From Macrostomum lignano (Eukaryota): a DNA stretch of 64,000 nt. The notes below the pieces were generated by a model. It had not been told where the DNA came from, searched no databases, and was given only the letters and a program-made list of their open reading frames with translations. Position 1 is the stretch's first letter; each line of letters opens with the position of its first letter. Below, piece after piece: positions 1-13,100 of the stretch. A program made the translations under genes and the position numbers. The stretch is from NCBI GenBank assembly GCA_002269645.1, contig NIVC01000102.1:16008-80007 (forward strand), given 5' to 3'.

Positions 1-29
1 CTGTTAGAACAGACGATTCCGGCGTTTCC

Positions 30-1293
30 ATGGCAACCAGTCCGAAGACGCCAACTTCAGCGGATCAGTCAGCCAACGAGAAGCCGCTAACGCCGCCCAA
101 GGAGCTGCTGAGCCTGACCTACGACCGAAACAGCGGAAAGTTCGTCGACTTGCCGCCGCACTGGCAGGACCGACTGGAGCGCAACAACCTTCTGGAGCCC
201 GAGTTCCAGAAGAATCCCGAGCTTCTCGTATCCGTGTTCGCCATGATGGACGAAGAGCTGAAGGCGATGAGTCTGGAAGGCATCAGTCTGGACAAGGGCA
301 TGTACTCGAGCTCGCCAGCTTCATCCAAAAATAACGACGGACTTAAGTAAGTGCTTTGCCTTGTTGAAACTAGTTTTACACTTTGCGTATGACACTGTAC
401 AGTAATAGAGTTCAATCTTTTTTTGACGAGCTTGCATGCTACGACCGAGCTATTTTAGTAATATCAAAAAATAGTTTAGGCATCGCTCATGATGTCAATT
501 ACAGCATCTTTCTGTTAGAAATCCTGCTGATCAATCTGGTGCCCTTCTAATGTCAATCTTATTCCCTTTTTATGTCACTCTGGTGTCACTCTGATGTCAA
601 ACTAGTGTCAATATATTTTCACTCTCTGTTGGGTCCTGCTGATGTCAACCTCGTATTAATCTAGTGGGTCACTATTATCACTCTGATGTCTGATGTACTG
701 TATTTACTCACTTTACTGAACTTCAGGTAGGGTCCTTCCGTTGTCACTCTGAAGTCACTCTGGTGTTACTTTAATTCCTCTCTGTTGTCACTCTGGTAGC
801 TGGTTGTGATCTTGTGTAGTGGAGTCACTCTAGTGTCACTCTTTTTGTATAAGCAATCTTCCACAGTCGCCTTTTGTCCCTTCCCTTTAATTAAAGTTCC
901 TCTTTTCTCTAATTAAAGCTGATGATACTCAAGTGCTACTCTTTCGTCATTCCGATGTTACTCATTTCACTCTTTTATCACTCTAATGTGTGTTACTCTA
1001 GTGTCAAACTGGTGTCACTCTGGGTTCACTCTGGCCTGAATCTGACAGCATCGAATGCGTAACGCCACCATCTACCACACTCCACTCGCATTTAACACAC
1101 ACGAAATCCACCAACATGTAGCTACGTGTACGAAATCGCTGCGGATAGTTCGAACTCCTCTAGCGAGCAGGACTTGCAACAGCAGCAGCAGCCCGAGCAG
1201 CCGACTAACCAGCAGCCGTCCAACTCGAGCTGGAATCGTCGTAGACCCTCGCTGGTTCGAATGCGAGCGGTAGCCGCTCCATCACTGAAGTGA
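30..1293 (+). CDS. Two-exon gene for a ~162-aa protein with a PAK-type p21-binding/autoinhibitory domain and no kinase domain (may extend 5' of the window)
   Basis: Exon 30-346 ends at a GTAAGT donor (347) in phase 2. Exon 1122-1293 follows a TAG acceptor in matching phase, reads NYVYEIAADSS...RRRPSLVRMRAVAAPSLK and stops at TGA 1291-1293. YDRNSGKFVDLPPHWQDRLERNNLLEPEFQKNPELLVSV aligns with group I [42 protein letters not shown]. Confidence 0.7.
540..1040. repeat. Degenerate GTCACTCT-type repeat in the intron of the PAK-domain gene
   Basis: Many imperfect gtcactct(g/a) units between the 347 donor and the 1121 acceptor. Confidence 0.7.
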
Positions 1294-3164
1294 CAGACTG
1301 ACGAACTGACGTCATGGTCAATTCTGATCAGCTGATCTTTTATTTAGCAACTCAATCTTGCCTATATAGTTCTGGTTGATTTTGGTGCAGCAGTTACGAT
1401 GTTAACATGGTCTCTAAAGTACAGGAACTAATTTTGTATGTGTTTTTAGTCAGGTTTGTTCGCAGACCGAGTCCAACCATAGACAGTAGAGATGTGGCCT
1501 CGTGCAGAAAGTATAGTAGTATACATGTATAATAGAATCTGAAATCTCAGTCTGGTAGAATTTCAAGAAAAATAGCTTTGACAAGCTTGTGAGTAGCAAC
1601 CCTCGGACGAAACTGCACGCACGTGACGCACTTTATAGCTTCATTTTTAATTTGAAAGTCCAGAAGGTGAGAGAACTTAAAACCGAAAAAAGCAACAAAA
1701 AACCAACCTGAAAAACCGATTGTAAAAGCGCTAATCTACTTTATTTGTCCATGAAGTGTGCATTCACATCGTGTAGCTAACACTACTCAAAACACCTGAA
1801 CGCAGCACCTGCTACACTCAAACATTATTCTACTTAAACTTAAATTCTAATTGACAATGACATGAATAACCTATTTTTCGCATTTTTTCATCGGTCTGAC
1901 ATGATGTTCTCGTAAAGCCAGTGACAAAAATGCTTTGATAATAAGCGACATGATCGAATCTAAATTATTTGTAATGAATCTCGAATTTTTTCGACACAAA
2001 TTTTTAAGGTTCTGTCGATTTTGTAAACAAAAATAGTTCTTTCCCTTTGAAAGTCAGTACTACTTATTCACTAAGTAGTGCGATGAGGTTATAAAAATTC
2101 ATTATGAAATTTGTTTTCGCGGAAACTCTTTCAAAGCACTCTTAGTCTTGTGTTCAATGTTGCTTTTTAATTTTATTTTCTGGCTCTGAGTCCAGCTGTT
2201 GAGTGCATCTCAGACTGTGCGCAAATCTTTATCACCTGTCTGTTCTTATTGCCATCTTTGTTGTTTTTCTTTTGCAATTCACCACGATCCGCGAAATCCC
2301 AAGTGGACTGCTAATGTTTTTAATAACCTCGAAATGTCAGTTTACAATTTACGTGCTCAAAACTGATTTCGAAATTGCGCGAAGTTTAATTGAAGAACTT
2401 TAACAAAAAAATAATCGAATTGTTTATCTATCGCTTTGATATTTTTATTATTAGTCAGACGCCAAAAGAAGCGTTAGTTCTGTGACTGCCTTCATTTCCT
2501 GTGAACAGTTTGCTTGGGAGCAACATTTGCTTTTAATGACAGGTGTTGTGGCAGCGTAAATCACTAAACTAAATTTATAAATTGAACGAGCAAAGAAAAT
2601 CTCAAGTAATAACGTTACTTTTGTCGATTATCGATAAAACAATGAAAATATAAACAATAAAATAAATACCTAGAATTTTCTCTATGCTCTACTTACAGTA
2701 GAAATAGTAGAATATTGCAGATATTAAACTACTTCCATTGAAAATTTATTAACTACTCTACGTAAAGTCACTTTTCTGATTTTATTTCCAAACTATGATC
2801 AGTTGATTTCTGTCTGATACAGAAACTATGAGGTGTAGAGTGCTGGACGAGATTCATAATACAGTTAGTGACACTACAAAGAAAGTCTAAAAGTACAGAC
2901 ATTTATCACTAAGCTTTGTGATTACGAGCGTATCATAGGAATTCTTCGTAATGCTACATAGATGAAAATTTAAAACAACAACACAGCTAAATATAGCAGA
3001 AAACAATTAAAGTGTAGTATATCTAATTGTGCTACAAGCTAGAACAATGAAGGCAAGTACAAGTACTATAGTTTTTCAAAAAATTAGTCATGCATTTAAT
3101 TGCTATATTCAACCGCGATCAGTGGGTTCTTCATTATATGTTCCGTGCTCAGGTACTGGGTCCC

Positions 3165-3420
3165 TCTACTCACAACCCTGATCAGTCCTCAGGTAGATAA
3201 TTAGGTAATACGGTCCCTCCACTGACAACCCTGATAAGCCCTCAGGTAGATAATTAGGTAATACGGTCCCTCCACTGACAACCATGATAAGCCCTCAGGT
3301 AGATAATTAGGTAATACGGTATCTCCACTCACAACCCTAATCAGTCCCCAGGTAGATATTTAGGTAATGAGGTCTCTCCACTCACAACCGGATCAGTTTT
3401 CAGGCAAATAATTAGATAAT
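3165..3420. repeat. ~53-bp tandem repeat, about 5 copies
   Basis: Unit GTCCCTCCACTGACAACCCTGATAAGCCCTCAGGTAGATAATTAGGTAATACG repeated with variants. Confidence 0.85.
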
Positions 3421-3606
3421 GAGTTCCTGCGACCAATTTTTCTTATCCATAATAATAAATAATTGGTAAATGGGAACCCAAAAACGCAAACTTTCCACAA
3501 CATTGAAAAATATTAGAGAAAATCGGTGAGAAGAGTTAATATTTGTTAATCTTCAACCTGAAATAGTTTGTTAAACTGACAATTCCAGTAACTATAGGGT
3601 CCAGGC

Positions 3607-6600
3607 TTAGTCTCCAAAAATCCCAGCAAAGGTGCGCCTAAGACTCTGGATCGCATCCGGCTCTTTCGAATCTTCGTTTGTTTTGACCGGATGCTGACCA
3701 TCTGCCAGGGGCGATTTGACGACTATCGGTTGAGCTGGCAGCTGATTGTCGCAATGAGCTGAGTTGGACGATGGCGCGGCCGACATTCGAGCCAGAGTCA
3801 GCTCCGCCACGCTGCGCCTGATGCTGTCAGCCTCGTCTGGACAGAATTTGGACGCCTCATCAAGCACCAGCTGCAGTGACTCTGAGCCGTGAGCCTTGGA
3901 GGATTGAATGAGACAGGCGTGGGAACAAAGAAAATTAGTTGGAGTGTAAATATCCCAATTCTTGTTTTGGTGAGATTCGTTAAATGTTCGCAGCATCCTT
4001 GAAAGAACTTCTAGAACATCCTTGAAGGAACATTTGCAAAATCATCGAAAGAACTTTTGTAAAATCATGTTTAAAAGGAATTTTTGCAACATTCTTGAAG
4101 GTAATTTGGCAAAATCCTTGAAGGCTATTTGGCAAAATCCTTGAAAGCAATTTGAGGACATCCTTGAAGGCAGTTTTGCAACATCCTTGAAGACAATCTG
4201 GCAACATCCTTGAAAGAAAACTTTTTCAAAGTCATTGAAAGGAACTTGTGCAGCATTCTTGAAGACACACTTTCAACATCCTTGTAGCTCGTAGGAGCTT
4301 TCGCAGAATCAAGAGCATTTTTGCCCTATCATCAAAGAAACTTGTACAATCATAACATCTGTGAAGTTTTCAAACCCACGTCTCATTTTAGAATTTTTAT
4401 TAAAAAATTTCAAGCTCACTGCAGACTTTTGGGTTTTATCAGTTTGAGAATTTCAACTGTATCAAATATTTAAATAGTACAATTAAATTTTAAGAATATT
4501 TACAAGAATTGCAGTACACTATTGAAAGCGCACAACATGTCGCCAGAATTAACGGCACTTACATCAACAATTTGCACGTCATCCTCGCTCCGTTGCACGG
4601 CCTCCAACGAGCAAATGTCCAGTCCGCCAAAGTGGTCAGAAATCGCTTCAGTCCAGCTGCGCAGCCTGGATTTCCCGGAGAGAAAAGCAGTTTGATTCTT
4701 TGCTGGTAGTGATAAGAATGCTCAGTCACTCACAATTCTTACCTGTCCGTTACGGGAAGTTTCTCCACTGGACCGTCTTTTAAACCAACTTTTGATGTGC
4801 GTCGACTAAAATTAATCATAAATTTCCCAATTTGGCTAATTGCAAAAGGTTTACTAGAATGGAGAAATGAAGAAATAAGGCATACCGACAGACACACTAT
4901 GACAGACTTAGTGTCTTCGTGTCTTCGTGCCTTGGTGTCTCAGTGTTTGAGACATTGAGATTTGCCGTCACGGCAACTACGTAAGACACTGATACACCAA
5001 GGAAGACACTAAAAAAGTCACTAAGACACTGCGAGACACAAAGACAATAAGACATCAAAATACTGAGACACCAAGACGCCAATTACGCTGGTATAAGGTA
5101 CTAAAACACTGATACATTAAGCATTAAGCCGAGAAAGCACGAAAACATGATGACACTATGATATTGAGATACTGAAACGATAAGACACTAAGTCGCGAAG
5201 ACACCAGGACAAGAAGACACCACGACACCAAGACACTAAGATGCTGAGACACTAAGACACTAAGTCGCGAAGACACCAGGACAAGAAGACACCACGACAA
5301 GAAGACACCACTACACCAAGACACTAAGATGCTGAGACACTAAGACACTAAGTCGCGAAGACACCAGGACAAGAAGACACCACGACACCAAGACACTAAG
5401 ATGCTGAGACACTAAGACACTAAGTCGCGAAGACACCAGGACAAGAAGACACCACGACAAGAAGACACCACGACACCAAGACACTAAGACGCTGAGACAC
5501 TAAGACACTAAGTCGCGAAGACACCAGGACAAGAAGACACCACGACACCAAGACACCACGACACCAAGACACTAAGACGCTGAGACACTAAGACACTAAG
5601 TCGCGAAGACACCAGGACAAGAAGACACCACGACACCAAGACACTAAGATGCTGAGACACTAAGACACTAAGTCGCGAAGACACCAGGACAAGAAGACAC
5701 CACGACACCAAGACACTAAGACATTGAGACACTAGGACACTAAGTCGCGAAGACACCAGGACAAGAAGACACCACGACACCAAGACACTAAGACATTGAG
5801 ACACTAAGACACTAAGTCGCGAAGACACCAGGACAAGAAGACACCACGACACCAAGACACTAAGACGCTGAGACACTAAGACACTAAGTCGCGAAGACAC
5901 CAGGACAAGAAAACACTCAGGACAAGAAGACACCACGACACCAAGACACTAAGACGCTGAGACACAAAGACAAGAAGATACCAGGACACAAAACCACTTA
6001 GAGAAATTTTTAGCCACATCAAAGCCATTCATTCTTCAGCTCACGCGAACGCCCAATAGTTTTTGTCAACTTTTTGCACAATAATTTCGTTGCTCGCTCC
6101 GAGAGCAGCCTCGGCTGTGCCCCACTTATGTTCATAAGATGTTCCTCCAGCCGCAGCGAAAGCAGCAAAGTTCGACATCTCTTCCGCATTATTTGCAATG
6201 ATCTGAAGTCAGTTTGATAGTTTGAATTATTTCAAAGACTGTTTCATATCTTGAAATTTAATTCCTCTTAACTGTACCTTTCCAAAGTTACCGTGACGGT
6301 TGCCAGACTTGAGCAATAACGGATAGGTGGCTTTTTGGTTGCTTAACGCCTGAAAAATTGTTTATTTTATTTTATTTTATTTTATTTTATTGAGAAAATT
6401 TTTTTTATTTTACTATTGAACAAGATGAAGAACATACAGGTAATTTTTTTCTTACCTGCTTGCGCCAATTTGAATAAAACGTCTGTTCAATTAACGGAAA
6501 ATAGTTGTCTCCCAAACGTTTTTGAATTCGCGCCAAGTTGTTATACTGCGGAGCGGGAATTTTACTTGTATGAATTAATCAAGGATAAAACAATTAGGAA

Positions 6601-8297
6601 ACCCTTTCCTCGAAAAAAAAGCCACTTAAAAGTTAAGTAGAATGGAAAAGGCTACAAAAATTCGCTTACAACCCAGCCTCTGTCTGAGAAGTTGTACACG
6701 CTCAGCGATTGGTTGATGCAGGGTACATTCGCGCGGTCTAGGCCAATCAGAATAGAACGCCATTCGGGACCCAGCGGTGGCTGCAGCAGCAGGGCGAAAT
6801 TCGGACGGAAAGGCCTGCGCAGGTGAGTTGTTAGTTATCTGATGATGCAGGATTGATCAGTGAGGCTAAGAGTCGGTTTGGATCACGTGATGTGAAGCAG
6901 GCATTCAACCCTACGGCACAGAGTTTTTACATGACATACTAAATGACAGAATTGGCAACGATGCCCCTCCAAAAGGAATTGAACTTCCTTAAAAATAGTT
7001 TTGATAAACACTCGTTTCAGAGTTAAACACGCGGAAGTAACGGGGAAGTTATGAGGGGATGTAAACTTTCGTGTTCTGGATCAGCCAGAATTCCAATTAG
7101 ATTTGCAGCCAAGCAACCAATTTCGTGGAACACGAAAATTGCCCTCCAATTTGCATATTTTTAATTTTCGATTCGCTGGACAGTGAGAAATTGTTGCTAG
7201 TAAGTTGGTCGAATTTAGCAGCAGACGAGTTGCAGCCAGTGTGAGGGGACAAGCGGTCCATAATTAATCACTCAAGTAGGATGCGTACACTTACGGACAC
7301 ACGAAGTCATTCAGAGTGTACAGCGTACACCTACTCACTGAATCATGGAGGCAATGTCGTTCTCCGATCGCAGACTGGCAGACTGATGACGGTCCAGGAT
7401 CACTTCAGCGGGACCGTTGGAGGCCACGGAAATGTTTATCTGGCTGAGTGGGGCCTGCGATTCCAGGAAATTGTGCTATATTAAGTCTTGAAAATGGGCA
7501 TTGCGGGTTTGGAGACGAAGTCAGGACGTCTTTGCATAGGGCTTTAGCACCAGGGGCTTTAGCACCAGGGGCTTTAGCACCAGGGGCTTTAGCACCAGGG
7601 GCTTTAGCACCAGGGGCTTTAGCACCAGGGGCTTTAGCACCAGGGGCTTTAGCACCAAGGGCTTTAGCACCAGGGGCTTTGGCACCAGGGGTACCAGCCC
7701 CCTTTGGCCCCCCTTTACCCCCTTGTCTAAGCAGACCTGTGTTCGGTCAAAGTGAAACTTCACTCACCTGTTCAACTTTGATATCCAGACCGTTGGGACA
7801 CCGCTTATGGTGAAAGTATTTCGACCTGAAATTTTAAAAAGATCAGTATAAATAGAGCATTGGTATCCTCGTTAGTAGCTGATGTCCTACTGAAATGCGT
7901 GTAAATATTTTACTAGCAGAACACAAGTTATTTACCAATTAGTTTGCGAATCGTCAATCACCAGTAGCATCTTGCACCTGTCGCCATGGTGATGCAGATT
8001 TAGATGGTGACTCCAGCTGCCGTGAAGACTGTTCTCGAGAATGTCTCTGGCGGCTGAGAGCACACTGCTGCCGCTGCCAGTGGAGAGTTTGTGTCTATGA
8101 TGATGCTGCTGCAGCTGCTCTGTGCGCTGCTCGTGAGGCTGACCGCTGCAGTGACCGGCAATCCCAGCGTGGCTGCATCGCTTCTGTGGCTGCTTCGGCT
8201 GCTGCTCCTGCTGCTGTTGCTGCTGCTGCTCTCTACTAAAAGCAGCCTCGCCTTGCAGATCTCCGTGAGACAACCGGCGTTTTAAATAGCCAAGCAT
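3607..8297 (-). CDS. Syn: Synapsin (domains A, C and E), 484 aa from ATG 8297
   Basis: Minus-strand exons 8297-7936, 7825-7768, 7454-7339, 6814-6670, 6545-6456, 6349-6278, 6202-6045, 4805-4743, 4665-4563 and 3894-3607 are all GT-AG and phase-compatible (1455 nt). Motifs: domain A YLKRRLS; domain C LLVIDDSQTNWSKYF, DIKVEQ, VYNFSDRGWV, FPLIEQTFY, FGGLDICSLEA; domain E IQSLRRTFAGIFGD. Confidence 0.95.
3985..4290. repeat. Degenerate ~23-bp repeat in the last synapsin intron
   Basis: Repeated aacatccttgaag(g/a) cores. Confidence 0.7.
5005..5990. repeat. ~72-bp tandem array built from GACAC sub-motifs, in a synapsin intron
   Basis: Unit AGACACCAGGACAAGAAGACACCACGACACCAAGACACTAAGATGCTGAGACACTAAGACACTAAGTCGCGA. 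Confidence 0.9.
7539..7692. repeat. 15-bp tandem repeat, about 10 copies, in a synapsin intron
   Basis: GGGCTTTAGCACCAG units between exons 7768-7825 and 7339-7454. Confidence 0.95.
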
Positions 8298-8344
8298 TTC
8301 CGCTGTTTAGTTTAAGGATCGCGAGTTTTTCTGGATGAGCAAAC

Positions 8345-8520
8345 TTTCTGCTTTCGTGAGATGCACAAGCATTTCAACGTTCTGACAGATTTCTGCTTTC
8401 AGGAAAGCCAAGATTTCTGCTTCTAGAAAAGCCAAGGTTTCTGTTTTTAGGGAAGTCAAGATATCCTCAGACAAGCCAAGCTTTCTGCTTTCGGGGAAGC
8501 CAAGATTTTTGCTTTCAGTC
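8345..8520. repeat. Degenerate ~21-bp repeat upstream of the synapsin ATG exon
   Basis: Repeated aagccaag(a/g)tttctgct units. Confidence 0.7.
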
Positions 8521-8663
8521 AAGTTTTTTTACTTTTATAAAAGCCGAAACTTCTACTTCCTTAAGCAGCATTTTTAAATTTCAAAAAAATGCAGACAAAC
8601 AGGGAATATTCTTCTGCAATGTAAAATTCTGACAGATAAACAGCTGGTTGATATCATACTCAC

Positions 8664-8667
8664 CCAT
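8664..8667 (-). CDS. Syn: Possible upstream synapsin start micro-exon (ATG G), giving MAE-MLGYLKRRLS
   Basis: ATGG|GTGAGT donor at 8663 joins the CAG acceptor at 8303, 5 nt before ATG 8297, in frame (ATG GCG GAA ATG). Confidence 0.45.
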
Positions 8668-9184
8668 TTCTGGTTAGTCTTATGCTAGACTTATTTCCTC
8701 AGTCAGTCTGACAACAGCTGTATCGATCAATACCAAAGAAATATACAGGCATAAAGTCAGATTGAATTTCCGCGATGAAGTTCCGGAGGGTGAGTTTCTA
8801 GAATTAGTTTATATTTATGTGCCTGTGAGTCCTATGCAGGCACACAGCTTCCCTAATTCCCTGTTGGCTCCCGCAGCCTCCATCCAACAGGATATTAGCT
8901 ATGAACAGAGCTCCCCGCATTCATGGACAGCTCAACCTAGACATCTAGATCTAGGACAAGGATTCCGTGAATTTTTTTAGAAATGAGCTTGAAGGTCGCG
9001 GGATCGGGGAACTTAAGCTTGCTGTATCGTTGGGGGCATGTAGTTTTGTTCTAAGATTCTAAAAGTTCTTTTTCTATGAAATTCTTCGATCAATAAAGAA
9101 TATTCTCACCAACGTGAATCCGATTTCTTAAAAAGAAGATATGTTAGAAAAAGCGTTTTTCTGAATATCTTTAGAAACTTAATT

Positions 9185-9823
<639 letters not shown>

Positions 9824-10146
9824 GAATGAACACTGATTATAGTGCACCCGTCACATTCCCAGCCGTGACCATTTGCATAACCCAAGCATTCATTCACAAT
9901 AAAGCCGTCAGCAAACTGTCACAAACAGCACGATTCCGTCAGTTTGAGTGACAGCATGGCGTTAAATTTACAACACTTATTTGACTTTTGCCTGTCAATA
10001 ACGCCTTATCGGCTTTTATCAATTTATTGTATATATTTGAATGTCAGAGAAATAAAACAAATCATGTTTTGGACATACGAATGCATTTATTATAACACGA
10101 ACGCTACATAAACATTTCCACCATCGCCATGATATACAGCGGATGG

Positions 10147-13100
10147 TTAATTTGCGGCGTAGCCCTGCAGGTTGTCATAGTAACTCTGACACCTGGCGAT
10201 GTCCTCCGGAGACAGAGCGGTGTTGGATCCCAGCAGAGCCGCTCTGGCCGAAGTTTTCGGGATGTGCAACACGCCGTCGTGAATTCCGTCCTCCTGCGGA
10301 TGCGCGCGGGTTTAAATGAGGGTTCAGTGAATCAGCAACTTCTCATTATGAAGGTTCAGTGAATCAGCAACTTCTCATTGTGAAGGTTCAGTGAATCAGC
10401 AACTTCTCATTGTGAAGGTTCAGTGAATCACCAACTTCTCATTGTGAAGGTTCAGTGATTCATCAACTTCTCATTGTGAAGGTTTAGTGAATCACCAACT
10501 TCTCATTGTGAAGGTTCAGTGAATCACCAACTTCTCATTGTGAAGGTTCAGTGAATCACCAACTTCTCATTGTGAAGATTCAGTGAATCAGCAACTTCTC
10601 ATTGTGAAGGTTCAGTGAATCACCAACTTCTCATTGTGAAGGTTCAGTGAATCACCAACTTTTCATTGTGAAGGTTCAGTGAATCACCAACTTCTCATTG
10701 TGAAGGTTCAGTGATTCATCAACTTCTCATTGTGAAGGTTCAGTGATTCATCAACTTCTCATTGTGAAGGTTCAGTGATTCATCAACTTCTCATTGTGAA
10801 GGTTCAGTGATTCATCAACTTCTCATTGTGAAGGTTCAGTGATTCATCAACTTCTCATTGTGAAGGTTCAGCGAATCACCAACGATCTCAGTGTGAGAAC
10901 TCAGGATTACATTTTTTCCTTACATTTTCGGACTTACACGCATAGCAACTGAAATAATCAATCATTTTGTTTACTTAGCATGACTGTTTATTTAGATCAA
11001 TATTTGCGGTTGGCAAAGCAATTACTAATATAGTACGGTATAATGAAATCGAATGTCCGATGCAATCAGTTCAATGATAGCAGGGGATTTGTCTGTGGTA
11101 TTGGTGACAGGAAAATTATCTAGCTAAAGTACATTTACGAATTTTTTTTATCCTGAGGTGTGACAGCCGCACTACAAATTAAGTTAGCCTTATTATGTAA
11201 TTCTGGTCGATACACGAAAATTCCAACTGCACATCAAGAGGGCACACCTTAAATATTAGAAACCTGTTTCTTTTTAGGTATCACCTGGAGTCTATGAGCC
11301 TCTGGTTCTTTCAGGTATCACCCCAAATGCCTCTCGGGTGCCTCTCACGTTATCTTCCAGGCACAGGTATCTCTCGCATTGTCTTCCAGGTATCTCTCCT
11401 ATTGTCTTCCAGGTATCTCTCCTATAGTCTTCCAGGTATCTCCCCGAGTCTTCCAGGTATCTCCCTGATAGTCTTCCAGGTATCTCTCCGAGTCTTCCAG
11501 GTATCTCCCCGAGTCTTTTAGGTATCTCCCCGAGTCTTCAAGGTATCTCCTCGATAGTCTTTCAGGTATCTCTCTCCTATTATATTAAAGGTAACTCTCT
11601 CATTGTCTTCCAGGTATCTCTCCCATTATCTTCGAAGTATCTTTTCCATTGTCTTCCAGGTATCTCCCCGATAGTCTTCCAGGTATCTCCCCGATAGTCT
11701 TCCAGGTATCTCCCTGATAGTCTTCCAGGTATCTCCCCGATAGTCTTCCAGGTATCTCCCCGATAGTCTTCCAGGCATCTCCCCGATCATCTTCCAGGTA
11801 TCTCCCTGATTATCTTATTCCAGGCATCTCACCTCATTATCAGCATCCTCATAGATGACGCAAAAAGCGTGCACGAACACAAATCCGGAGATTAGAATTA
11901 GCGACAGGCCGCCACCCGTGGTCCCGACTCCAATTGGCATCATCACGCTAAAGAAAAATAAAATTCAACATTTTCTGTTATTGCTACTGTAAGTAGACAA
12001 GAAAGAACTCAGATGCACGAATTAGTTGCACCGATGACCTACTTATTGATTTTTGCCGTGTTGCTCTTGCAGTCGATTCCATCCTCAGCGTCGCAGCTAA
12101 AAAAGTAACCAAAATTAAGAATTGATTTCCAATGCGGTTATTCATGTCAGCGTAACCAGATACCGTGGTGTGAACTTACGCGTGTAAATATTTGTTAATC
12201 TGCAAGCTGATGATGCCTACAAGGAATAGCACGACACCCATCAACGTGAGAGCACCCGATAGGAACTGCGGTATCAGCCAGCTGCGGTTTTTCAATTTGT
12301 ACGTGTCTCCGAAACGGAATTTTCTTAGAAAGCGAACCTGAAAATCGTCGCAATATTACATGTAGAGGAAGACAGATAGGGTGGTTAATCGCCTCAATGA
12401 CCCTTCATGACATTCACCACAGTGAACCATCTTGTCGACATCACTCCAATGACCCATCATGACAATATCACCACAATGACCCATCATGATAATCACACCA
12501 ATGACCCATCATGACAATATCACCACAATGACCCATCATGATAATCACACCAATGACCCATCATGACAATATCACCACAATGACCCATCATGATAATCAC
12601 ACCAATGACCCATCATGACAATATCACCACAATGACCCATCATGATAATCACATCAATGACCCATCATGATAATCACATCAATGACCCATCATGACAATC
12701 GTCCCATTGACCCATCATGATAATATCACCCAATGACCCCTCATGACAATTATTCGAAATGGCCCACCATGACAATCGTTTTAATTAACGAAGACCTATT
12801 CCCAGTGACGCATAAAAAATCCAAAAAAGAAATCATAAGATAAAAGTACATGTTTTCTAAGAAATCGCATCTTTAAAAAGCCACTGAAAAAATTACTCAC
12901 CTGTTCACCCCGAGACATGGCTGGAGTTTCTCGAACGCAGAATCTAATCCGCTGTCTCGTCAATGAAAATCGTTTTGGCGTCTCAGTCCTAGGTGGGGCA
13001 GTTGCAGCTGCTGCAGCTGATGAATTCGCCCCATCAATCTGGGTCTCAGATGAGGCCAGCTGTTGCAGTTCGAACTCGTTGTTCAACTCGACAGTTGGAA

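Noticed and set aside
12200-12220. Apparent 21-bp GT-AG intron in the two-TM gene
   Set aside because: It is too short to splice; it reads in frame as VGIISLQ and completes TM1.
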